DNA of 25,783 nt, taken from IMG/VR virus record IMGVR_UViG_3300018414_000001; one strand, written 5' to 3'. Position 1 is the stretch's first letter, and each line of letters opens with the position of its first letter. The notes beneath the pieces were generated by a model. That model worked only from the letters and a program-made list of their open reading frames with translations. It did not search any database and was not told the origin of the DNA. This document shows positions 10,060 to 17,842 of the stretch, in pieces. Both the position numbers and the translations under genes were made by a program. The DNA is from an uncultured virus (IMG/VR IMGVR_UViG_3300018414_000001) (lineage: Duplodnaviria > Heunggongvirae > Uroviricota > Caudoviricetes).

Positions 10060-11121
10060 TCAATGCACCGTCATGTTGAGTTTGAACATCTGCCCAAAAT
10101 TTTCAGCACCCAACCGGCGATATAGAACATCCAATCGAGGGCCATCGCCGCGCGTTCCAGCAATCCAGAAAGCCTCGTCTACGCCACGTTTCCGGAGCGC
10201 CGCGAGAGAGGCCCGCTGTAGCTTCATCCCAAGACCAGGAACATCGCGAGATGCAAAAAAGGTCGTGTGTATCGCCGTTGTGATCGCTTCGGACTCCATT
10301 GAAGGATTAACAAGGGCCATGAGGTATCCGAACATCCGTCCATTTGATCGGGCCGTCGTGATCTGCATAACCCCCGCATCGTATAAATGCCGCATCATCG
10401 GGACGTTCTTGTTGAGATAAGCCCCTGGCTCTTCTCCTACCAAGACCAGATGTTCGTCAAACAAATGGCGGCCATCCTGGAAAAACGTCTCGAATGATTC
10501 CTGCTGAATGGTCATTCCTTCAATATCATACGTTCTTGGTCTCATATCCGCGAGAATGCGATGTTTTGCTATCGATGCGATTTTTGTTAGTTGAGGCTGA
10601 TTCGCATGATAATAGCGAAGACACGCGCCAAAGTTCATTTGAATGTTCAACGGAACCATGACCGCGTACCATTCAGGATTGAGCGGGGCGCCCAGGCAAT
10701 GCTCAAAAACCGTGGCGCAAACACTCTCTGTCATCAGATCAGAGAAAGTCACAGATAACACATTGGGCACGCGCCGTTCGATCTGATCAAGTTTACGGTC
10801 AAGGTGCCGGAGGTTGGTGGCAACGGATGTAGGATCGAAGCGGAGCCCAAGCCGCGCCATGCTGTCCACGACCTCGTCAACTGGCCTCCGCACCACGACC
10901 GTCTTAATACCTGGCTGCATATTCTGAACCAAACGCCACCATGGCGCGGCGGCAGTTTCCACGGTCCCGGTAAAGTCCTGAGAGAACCAGGATTTTATAT
11001 CGTCCATTGACCGCGCGTGTCTGATCTCATCGTGGCCGCAATGCCATTGGCCGAATGACAGAAAACGCGAGAGCCAAAAAGTGCGGGACCTCGGCAGACC
11101 GTAGACGATAAACTGGGTCAT
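10060..11121 (-). CDS. Two-domain protein: sulfotransferase-like N-terminus plus GNAT-like C-terminus (353 aa)
   Basis: FIVYGLPRSRTFWL and VVVRRPVDEVVDS resemble PAPS-binding motifs; TTFFASRDVPGLGMKL...LYRRLGA resembles GNAT motifs A/B; ATG at 11121 forms an ATGA overlap. Confidence 0.7.
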   Translation of the reverse strand: MTQFIVYGLPRSRTFWLSRFLSFGQWHCGHDEIRHARSMDDIKSWFSQDFTGTVETAAAPWWRLVQNMQPGIKTVVVRRPVDEVVDSMARLGLRFDPTSVATNLRHLDRKLDQIERRVPNVLSVTFSDLMTESVCATVFEHCLGAPLNPEWYAVMVPLNIQMNFGACLRYYHANQPQLTKIASIAKHRILADMRPRTYDIEGMTIQQESFETFFQDGRHLFDEHLVLVGEEPGAYLNKNVPMMRHLYDAGVMQITTARSNGRMFGYLMALVNPSMESEAITTAIHTTFFASRDVPGLGMKLQRASLAALRKRGVDEAFWIAGTRGDGPRLDVLYRRLGAENFGQMFKLNMTVH

Positions 11122-11684
11122 ACCCCAGCCACCGGGTTCCACGTCCCGCCACCTTGACTGACGTATAAGGTCGATCCCACGCCGCCTCCAACACGGGAGT
11201 AAAGAGAGCCTCGCGGCATTGTCGATGAAGGAACGCCGCCACCTGTAGACCAGGTAGGACCCGCGGATGTTCCGACCGCGTATTCTGGCGAGGTTGCTAC
11301 CCCCGTGAATGTGGGAGACGCGATCGGTGCCAATAGCGCCTCCGCGGCCTCGGCGCGGGCAGTCTCAGCAACAACATCGGTAATCGCGGTATTCGCGGTC
11401 GTTTGCGCCGTCGTGGCATCTGTCAACGCGGTGTTTGCTGTTCCTTGAGCGGCGGCCGCGTTGGTCAACGCGGTGTTTGCTGTTCCTTGAGCGGCGGCCG
11501 CGTTGGTCAACGCTTCATTGGCGACAGCCGCGACATCCGCGGTTCCGATCCCCAAAGGACCGCCGGTCCTGATCAGGAACCCCTGGAACATATACCAGAA
11601 CGATGTGGTTGGAGTACCCGTCGCGGGATCGACCACGGGGACTTGTCCGTGGGGAAAGTTGATCGCGAGGGGGTTCAGGGCCAT
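11118..11684 (-). CDS. Tail needle-like coiled-coil protein, P22 gp26-like position (188 aa)
   Basis: N-terminus PVVDPATGTPTTSFWYMF; heptad repeats; AETARAEAAEALLAPIASPTFTG fibre motif. Confidence 0.7.
   Translation of the reverse strand: MALNPLAINFPHGQVPVVDPATGTPTTSFWYMFQGFLIRTGGPLGIGTADVAAVANEALTNAAAAQGTANTALTNAAAAQGTANTALTDATTAQTTANTAITDVVAETARAEAAEALLAPIASPTFTGVATSPEYAVGTSAGPTWSTGGGVPSSTMPRGSLYSRVGGGVGSTLYVSQGGGTWNPVAGV
11422..11513. repeat. Perfect 42-bp tandem repeat, 2 copies plus 8 bp
   Basis: GTCAACGCGGTGTTTGCTGTTCCTTGAGCGGCGGCCGCGTTG at 11422 and 11464, partial copy at 11506; encodes ALTNAAAAQGTANT. Confidence 0.95.
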
Positions 11685-11686
11685 CG

Positions 11687-11977
11687 TTAATGCGGCTTTT
11701 CGGAAGATTCAGGAGCAACGGATTTTGGCGCCCGGTCCTGGATCGCCTTCGACACCGCCGGACACTGCCCATGATCGGCGATGACGCCATTTTGCGGGAC
11801 CTGCACCGATACGCAGGTCTCAATCCCGGTGATCAGCGCGGCGACCTGATCATGCGGAAGAGTGCCGAGGAACTGGCGCAGTTTCACGACAAGATCGGTC
11901 GGCAATTCAACCGTTGGCGGCGGTTCGGCCAGGGCCAGCGAGGGCCAGAGGGCGGCGAGAAGGAGGATACGTTTCAT
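11687..11977 (-). CDS. Small protein with predicted signal peptide; possible fibre chaperone (96 aa)
   Basis: MKRILLLAALWPSLALA-E; amphipathic helices LRQFLGTLPHDQVAALITGIE; one Cys pair; GAGGA RBS. Confidence 0.75.
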   Translation of the reverse strand: MKRILLLAALWPSLALAEPPPTVELPTDLVVKLRQFLGTLPHDQVAALITGIETCVSVQVPQNGVIADHGQCPAVSKAIQDRAPKSVAPESSEKPH

Positions 11978-11983
11978 GGGTCC

Positions 11984-13135
11984 TCAAAAAGTCGGAATGT
12001 AGCGGATATTTGTTCCATCACTGATCACAAGCCATTCCTGCACGGTCGAATGCGCTCCAGGAGGACCGATGTTGGTAAGCGAAAGAGCCGTTGATCCATT
12101 AGCGGCAAACGCGCCCGACGCAACGATGTTACCACCAAGCGCCACCCCCGCATTATTGATGCCAAAAATGATCGTGCCAGCAAGATTCTTCGAGGCAAGC
12201 GTGTATGTCCCAGCGGCATTATCGGTCCCCTGAATCCCAATGACCGAACCAAGCGCGGAAGGCTGAACCACGACCTGACCAAATCCAAGTGACACCTGAC
12301 CGTTATCCGCGACTGCGAACAACGTCGAAGTGGCAGCATTTTTCATAAAGGTTACCCAGGAACTGCCAAGATTATCAGGCCCAGAGATACTGAGGTTCGT
12401 GTTGCTGTAACCTGCCGCACCGAGACCACCGATCAACACCTGACCGATAGTCGATATGGTCCCATTGGGATCGGCGTTTCGGATCGCGTAGTAGTTCGTC
12501 GGTTTTGTTCCGGCCCCAATCATGGCCTCGATGTCGATGGCGGCCCATGTGCCAATCGAGGCGGCCGTAGTGTTGCTGTTCGTCAGGCCAAATTTCGCGC
12601 CGTAAATAGTCCCGGCTGTTCCGGCCGTGTCGTTCGTGAAAACGCCGAGATACCCTGCAAATTGCCCGCTAATATTGCCTTTATTGAACATTGACGCTTC
12701 GTATGTTTCCAGCCCGGCAACCGTCGCACCAGCATTAAACTGCATATAGGCATGGAAAGCGTTGATTTCTCCGTTAGCGGTCCCTGGACCATTGACCGTA
12801 ACGAAAGAATCGGCATTTTCCCAAATGGTTGATGATGTGCTGCCATAACTCAGCGTCGTGAAAAACATATTCTGGCGCGGGTTTGCCGAAAGTGTCGATG
12901 GATCGGCGCTGCTCGCGGACTGGAACTGGTAGGGACTTCCGCTTGTGGTTCCATTCCCGACCAATAACGCACTTAAAGCCCCGCCAGTAATGTTAAGATT
13001 GGTCCGGGCAGCCGCCTGCGCGGCAGTCCCATTCGCGGCGATTTCCGCCAGATTGTTTTGCGCCTGAAGCGGCCCCACGACCTGGGCCGCCGCACTCCAC
13101 GACATCAACAAGAAGACGGCAAAAAATCGCATCAT
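11984..13135 (-). CDS. Tail fibre/spike-like beta-rich protein with predicted signal peptide (383 aa)
   Basis: MMRFFAVFLLMSWSAAA-Q followed by the fibre motif NNLAEI...AARTNL; start at 13135 or 13132 overlaps the upstream stop. Confidence 0.75.
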   Translation of the reverse strand: MMRFFAVFLLMSWSAAAQVVGPLQAQNNLAEIAANGTAAQAAARTNLNITGGALSALLVGNGTTSGSPYQFQSASSADPSTLSANPRQNMFFTTLSYGSTSSTIWENADSFVTVNGPGTANGEINAFHAYMQFNAGATVAGLETYEASMFNKGNISGQFAGYLGVFTNDTAGTAGTIYGAKFGLTNSNTTAASIGTWAAIDIEAMIGAGTKPTNYYAIRNADPNGTISTIGQVLIGGLGAAGYSNTNLSISGPDNLGSSWVTFMKNAATSTLFAVADNGQVSLGFGQVVVQPSALGSVIGIQGTDNAAGTYTLASKNLAGTIIFGINNAGVALGGNIVASGAFAANGSTALSLTNIGPPGAHSTVQEWLVISDGTNIRYIPTF

Positions 13136-13572
13136 CGCGCATATACCTGAGTTGTGGAGCACAGCACGAAAGTCGCCGAGCCTCCTGGGAGAATGATGGC
13201 AGCCGCGTTGGTTGCAAATGAATTTATCACGCCGCCCGTAGGAGGATAGATCGACAGATTATTGGCCCCGGCATTCCAGACCTCATAAATACTCCTTACC
13301 GCGGCCCCGGCTGGGATTGCTCCCCCCGTTCCAGATGCCACCGTCGTAAAGACGCTGAGCCCCGGTGTTAACTGAAAAGCGGTGCCTTGGGAGTTCCCGG
13401 CCGCCGTCAAGTTCACCATGGCACCCTGATAAACCCCGGCCGCGATCTGAGCCAAACTGGCCTGCCGTGTGGTCGCTGTGCCTGGCACACCCGGCGTGCC
13501 GCCCTGGTCAAGAGCGATCACATCCGCGCCATTGGCGGTCGATGCAGGAGGAAGCCCGTCGATATAGGGCAT
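13132..13572 (-). CDS. Putative tail-associated structural protein (146 aa)
   Basis: N-terminal IDGLPPA...D.I.LDQ...TR fibre-type motif; C-terminal domain similar to that of 15149-15622; TGATG coupling. Confidence 0.75.
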   Translation of the reverse strand: MPYIDGLPPASTANGADVIALDQGGTPGVPGTATTRQASLAQIAAGVYQGAMVNLTAAGNSQGTAFQLTPGLSVFTTVASGTGGAIPAGAAVRSIYEVWNAGANNLSIYPPTGGVINSFATNAAAIILPGGSATFVLCSTTQVYAR

Positions 13573-15143
13573 CAGTTCCTCATCGGGATGGGCTCGGGGT
13601 CGAGAAACGCCCCATTTATCGCGATCTTACCGGGAATCGTGCCATAGACCTCAAACACCCTGTCTCGCGCCCGCCCAAGGCGCTTCCAGGCGGGTTGCGC
13701 GAGATAGTGACCGGTAGCCCCGAGTGTTTGAGGAACGGGCTGGCCCCATGTCCGGCCGCGCGTATCGCTCCATCTGAGGTTGACCAGAGGTTGCGCGTTA
13801 ACCCCCGCAGGCACCGGACCAGCGAGAATCGCATCTTCAACTGGCCCGGCATCTACCGTTTGGATCAATGGTGCCGGGTCCGTAAAAACAGGGAATGGCC
13901 CCGCTACAGACACGGTATCAGACGATGTAGCGGCTTCAACATCCAGGGTGAAGCCACAATAAATCACCTGATGACCATCCTTCATCATATGCGGATATCC
14001 GCGCCGAAACTGCATCGGCGCACCATTATCGGTATGGTTGTTCAGATCGAAGGCATACAATTCCCCAGTCTGCCAGTCCGCGCAAACATTTTTTCCATAG
14101 GCCCAGGCGGCACAGTTAGCGCGATGCCGGTTGTCGTTGCCGTTGGTATCCGTCCATACAGCCTCATGCCAAAGCGTCGGGGTTCGTTCGTCCCAACGCC
14201 AGGTCTTGTTCGCCGTTGGGAAGGTGATCTGGTAAAAAGTGTGTCCGTTCATCGTGAAACAAAGACCAATGGCATCTGAGACCGTAGGATAGGACGCAAA
14301 CTCATTTTCCATCGCGGCATTGCTAATCGGCTTCACCTCGAACCCCTCGCCCCTCACGATAGTAAAGGTCCCGGCTTGATCCTGCGAGAGCCAGAAGATG
14401 GCGCCGTCAACCTGGGCTACGCTGTATTTCGCGATGCATCCATGCTGAATGAACGGTCCTGGCATGATCTGGAACGGAAAGTTTGGAGCTCCTGCATTAA
14501 ACCATATTTCCGAGGTGCGCTCACCCAGGAGCCAAATTGTCCGCCGCGTCACGATCACCGCGACAAGATTATCCGAATACCCGTTCTTTTCAGCGAAATA
14601 GGTTGAATCGAACACAACCTCGTTGTCATACGTCGAATAGAACGTCTGCGTTCCCGGGTAGTTCAGCAAAATGAAACCATCCAATATATCCACACGATCC
14701 GCGCCATAGAACGCATAAACGGCAGGACCTGGCGGCGAATTGTTCGTTATATTGATTGGCGTCATCGCATGACTGGCAAGGTTGATCTCGTATCCATTCG
14801 CGGACCCATCGACCAAAACGATATTTGATCCATTGTCCACCATACTGACAGGATTTACGGACGTTCCGATTGTGCCAAGAGAGGTCAGCACCCATGACGG
14901 AGAGACGTAATAGACTGTATTCCCGCACACATAAAAAAGCGCACCTGAGTTCGCCCAATAAAGCCCGCGTCCTTGCCCGGAAGTAGCCGGATACGCCAAA
15001 TGCGTTAGCCCAGGAACATTGTAATAGGTGAACGGAACTTCTGAGTCAGGCGGGTTTTTTTCAGCGAAAAGGTTGACGCATCTCTGCGCCGAAGAAATTA
15101 CACTTCTTGCCGTATAGGCGCCGCTTGTAAGGGGAATCCGCAT
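13572..15143 (-). CDS. Tail hub / packaged DNA stabilization protein, P22 gp10-like (523 aa)
   Basis: SSAQRCVNLF, WLLGERTSEIW, FPFQ, NGHTFYQITFPTANKTW, LRWSDTRGRTW, WKRLGRARDRVFEV; synteny. Confidence 0.85.
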   Translation of the reverse strand: MRIPLTSGAYTARSVISSAQRCVNLFAEKNPPDSEVPFTYYNVPGLTHLAYPATSGQGRGLYWANSGALFYVCGNTVYYVSPSWVLTSLGTIGTSVNPVSMVDNGSNIVLVDGSANGYEINLASHAMTPINITNNSPPGPAVYAFYGADRVDILDGFILLNYPGTQTFYSTYDNEVVFDSTYFAEKNGYSDNLVAVIVTRRTIWLLGERTSEIWFNAGAPNFPFQIMPGPFIQHGCIAKYSVAQVDGAIFWLSQDQAGTFTIVRGEGFEVKPISNAAMENEFASYPTVSDAIGLCFTMNGHTFYQITFPTANKTWRWDERTPTLWHEAVWTDTNGNDNRHRANCAAWAYGKNVCADWQTGELYAFDLNNHTDNGAPMQFRRGYPHMMKDGHQVIYCGFTLDVEAATSSDTVSVAGPFPVFTDPAPLIQTVDAGPVEDAILAGPVPAGVNAQPLVNLRWSDTRGRTWGQPVPQTLGATGHYLAQPAWKRLGRARDRVFEVYGTIPGKIAINGAFLDPEPIPMRN

Positions 15144-15148
15144 CAGAC

Positions 15149-15622
15149 TTACGAGCTAACGCCGCCCTCGGGACCGGAGACATAGGCACCGCTCGCCGTC
15201 GCGGTAAAGAAGCATCGATGGGTATTCGTCAACGTAACGCCCGTGGTCCCCGCCGTTCCGTCAATCGTATCGCCGCCCGAACCGTAAATATGGACCGCCG
15301 CCGTGCCAGTGTTAATAAGAAAAAGCGGAAGACCGGGAACATTCGTGGACAACGGCAACGCAGCCCCCGTGGTGGACGCGGCGGCTCCGAGATTTGTCAC
15401 AACGGAACCAATAAGCGGCGCGGTCGCCAGATTAGAACCCGCCGGGGTGATGCTGGCGAAGTTTGTCAAAGCGAAACCTGTTGAGGACGTTACAACGGTT
15501 CCTCCGTTGATCGCATTCGCGAGGCTGACCTGTGTGCCGCCTGGAGGGGTGATAAGAACGGTGGCAGCGGGGACTTGCTGAAACGTGGGTCCGCTGACGA
15601 GAAGGCTATCGGGTGTTGCCAT
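15149..15622 (-). CDS. Putative structural protein (157 aa)
   Basis: Thr/Gly/Ala-rich ORF with AGGAG RBS, between the adaptor and hub genes. Confidence 0.75.
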   Translation of the reverse strand: MATPDSLLVSGPTFQQVPAATVLITPPGGTQVSLANAINGGTVVTSSTGFALTNFASITPAGSNLATAPLIGSVVTNLGAAASTTGAALPLSTNVPGLPLFLINTGTAAVHIYGSGGDTIDGTAGTTGVTLTNTHRCFFTATASGAYVSGPEGGVSS

Positions 15623-15643
15623 TGGAGTGCTCCTTGGTCTAGG

Positions 15644-16381
15644 TCAGTATGTTTGGTCGCTAAACACATTATAAAGCGCGGGTCTCGACAATCCGGCTGG
15701 CATCCTCAATCGAGGAATTTGCGTGTTCGCGCTTTCTATCGCCGCCAGTGATGCCTTGGCGAGATTTCTGGTGTCATCGGTAATGGACGCTCCTGGGTAA
15801 ATAGCCCCCAGACGTAACGCTAGATTAGACCACAGAGTTTCAAAAAACTCAGGCGGCAGGTTTATGGATTGAACAGGAGAAGAAAACGCCCTTATTGTGT
15901 CCATCGTCGTGATGTGGAGTTCGTAAATACTGGCCTGCGGAACCGGCCAGGGATACACGAACCCAGTCGGAAATGCCGCATCGTAAAATATGTAGGTGGG
16001 CCAGCTTATCAGCGTTTTCAGAGCGATTTGATTGTAGTCTTCGCGCGACTGAAGAATCTCCAACGGATAATCAACCGTCTGCGGTTCATCGCTTGGGTAT
16101 TGGCGGAAAAACGCTGCCTCAAGACGTGGCGGTCTAGGGATATTGAAATTTCCACCCGGTCCCACCGTGTAAGAGAGGGAACCAGTGGAAACATAAGCCG
16201 TGTCGATCAGATGCCATATTAGCCAACGGCGCCGATTCCATACCCCGATCATCGCATTCAGAGCGGCGAACACATCGGAGTTATCTTCCGCCAGTGTAGA
16301 TTGCCCCACACCCAGGATGCCCGCCGCTTTCAAGGAGAAAGTGACGATATCCTGGGGTGTGACAAGATTGTTGGCGGTCAT
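15644..16381 (-). CDS. Head-to-tail adaptor, P22 gp4-like N-terminus (245 aa)
   Basis: TPQDIVTFSLKAAGILGVG...ALNAMIGVW and LPPEFFETLWSNLALRL patterns; synteny. Confidence 0.8.
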   Translation of the reverse strand: MTANNLVTPQDIVTFSLKAAGILGVGQSTLAEDNSDVFAALNAMIGVWNRRRWLIWHLIDTAYVSTGSLSYTVGPGGNFNIPRPPRLEAAFFRQYPSDEPQTVDYPLEILQSREDYNQIALKTLISWPTYIFYDAAFPTGFVYPWPVPQASIYELHITTMDTIRAFSSPVQSINLPPEFFETLWSNLALRLGAIYPGASITDDTRNLAKASLAAIESANTQIPRLRMPAGLSRPALYNVFSDQTY

Positions 16382-16704
16382 GCGGCCTCGGCCACCCGCA
16401 TATGGATATGTCCGGCTTCATCCGCGAAAAAAGGGATACCCATTTTCTTGAACCGTTTCGCGGTTCGGTCATCCGCGATGGTCGCGTATGTCTTCCCAGG
16501 TTGGCAGTTTTCAAGATTGTAAAGCATTAGGCGCACGGTTCCACGCCGGAGTGGCAACGCGACATCAGAAACGTATTCGCCCATCCAGAGCGTGAAGAAC
16601 TCCTTGCCGTCTTTGCCGGTGCCGACAAGGCCGTCTTTGCCCTGCATTTTGGCGTGCCGCCATGTGAACTGGGGATTGGCGGCAATGATATCATCAGCGG
16701 TCAT
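16378..16704 (-). CDS. Hypothetical protein (108 aa)
   Basis: ORF tightly packed; ATGA overlap with the downstream gene. Confidence 0.7.
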   Translation of the reverse strand: MTADDIIAANPQFTWRHAKMQGKDGLVGTGKDGKEFFTLWMGEYVSDVALPLRRGTVRLMLYNLENCQPGKTYATIADDRTAKRFKKMGIPFFADEAGHIHMRVAEAA

Positions 16705-16707
16705 GTG

Positions 16708-17079
16708 TTATTCAGGCGCCATCAGCGGGACGGGTTCATGCGGCTGGACTACCGGATCAGGTGGAACAACCATCCCGGAAAAGACGGGTGCGGGTTCAAC
16801 GTATGGCGGCGTCGGCGGAGCCGCTTCCACTCTCGCGAATTCGGATGTTGGCTCCGGTTCGACCTCCGCGAGTGGCTCAGTGCCAGCAGGCGGACGCCCC
16901 CCAAGGAAAGCCCGCATGTCGGCCCTTACCTTGGCGCCCTCAGTGTGCCTTCCGAGTTCAATCTCCCGTGCGGCAGCGGTGGCCGCATCATCGCTTTCCC
17001 ACCGCGCTTTCAACTCAGCAATGGCGGTCTCGGCGTCCCGTTCAGCGATTTCCAGGAGCGCCAGCCGATCTTCGTTCAT
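16708..17079 (-). CDS. Hypothetical protein, helical N-terminus and Pro/Glu-rich tail (123 aa)
   Basis: ATG at 17079 forms an ATGA overlap with the upstream stop and is preferred over the 17139 start. Confidence 0.7.
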   Translation of the reverse strand: MNEDRLALLEIAERDAETAIAELKARWESDDAATAAAREIELGRHTEGAKVRADMRAFLGGRPPAGTEPLAEVEPEPTSEFARVEAAPPTPPYVEPAPVFSGMVVPPDPVVQPHEPVPLMAPE

Positions 17080-17726
17080 GCCACTTTCTCCGGTGCGGTA
17101 GCCTTCTCCAGTTCTTCCCGGAGACGTGGAGCGCCCCACCGGTTATCTGGCTTGATATCGAGCGCCAGCAGTTGTGCCCGCAATTCCTCGACATCATCCG
17201 GCTGTGGCGTAAGTTGCGCCTTGAGATCGTCGATCTCCTTACGGAGCCTCTGCATCTCGCGAAGGTCTTCAAGCTCCTTCCGCATCGCCGCCATCTGATC
17301 GACAGGATCGGGCGCATCGACCTTTTCGCCCAATTCACGCCGCAGCCGTGTTGCCGACCAATTCAGATCGACGGTGATGCCATGGATACGGCATTTCGCG
17401 ATCAACGCCTGACGTTCATCTTCGACCTGGTCGCGGGTCTTGCCGCCGGAAAGCACGCGCTCTTCTTCTTCTTCGGAATGAACGATCACATCGCGAAAGA
17501 TTTCCTCATCGACGGTCCAGGAGCGGGTGCTTCCTTTGATGGTTTCCGTTTCGTAGTGCCGCTCCTGGATACCCTCGGAGATTCGCAACATCTTTGGGTA
17601 TTCTTGGAACTGATAGGCCCCGCGGCGGTGCATTTCGCCGGTTTCCTGCTTCTTGGCGATAGCACGTGCCAGCACGCCGCCGCGTTCCAGGAACTGGGTC
17701 TGGGCGAGTTCGGTTTCGATTGACAT
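17076..17726 (-). CDS. Capsid-adjacent protein with two short helix-loop-helix repeats and a coiled coil (216 aa)
   Basis: AGGAG RBS; FQEYPKML and VIVHSEEEE motifs; repeats GITVDLNWSATRLRREL and DIKPDNRWGAPRLREEL. Confidence 0.8.
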   Translation of the reverse strand: MSIETELAQTQFLERGGVLARAIAKKQETGEMHRRGAYQFQEYPKMLRISEGIQERHYETETIKGSTRSWTVDEEIFRDVIVHSEEEEERVLSGGKTRDQVEDERQALIAKCRIHGITVDLNWSATRLRRELGEKVDAPDPVDQMAAMRKELEDLREMQRLRKEIDDLKAQLTPQPDDVEELRAQLLALDIKPDNRWGAPRLREELEKATAPEKVA

Positions 17727-17748
17727 CGGTTACTCCTGACTGTTAAGT

Positions 17749-17842
17749 GAGAAAGAAGGGATCGCCGCCGCGATTAGGTAGGCCGTTAACCTTGGGCGCA
17801 CAGGGCCAAAGCCAGTCCATCGCAGCGGCGACCCCATTTCTC
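17749..17842 (-). terminator. Long stem-loop right after the capsid stop; possible terminator, mRNA stabiliser or processing site
   Basis: 17-bp arms 17819-17835 and 17758-17774 (2 G-U pairs), 44-nt loop, followed by UUCUUUCU; outer GAGAAA/UUUCUC pairing is possible. Confidence 0.5.

Noticed and set aside
11422..11513. Tandem repeat as a CRISPR array
   Set aside because: No spacers; it is an in-frame coding repeat
13365..14279. Long plus-strand ORFs such as 13365-14279 and 16761-17723
   Set aside because: Antisense shadows of well-supported genes in GC-rich DNA, with no recognisable motifs
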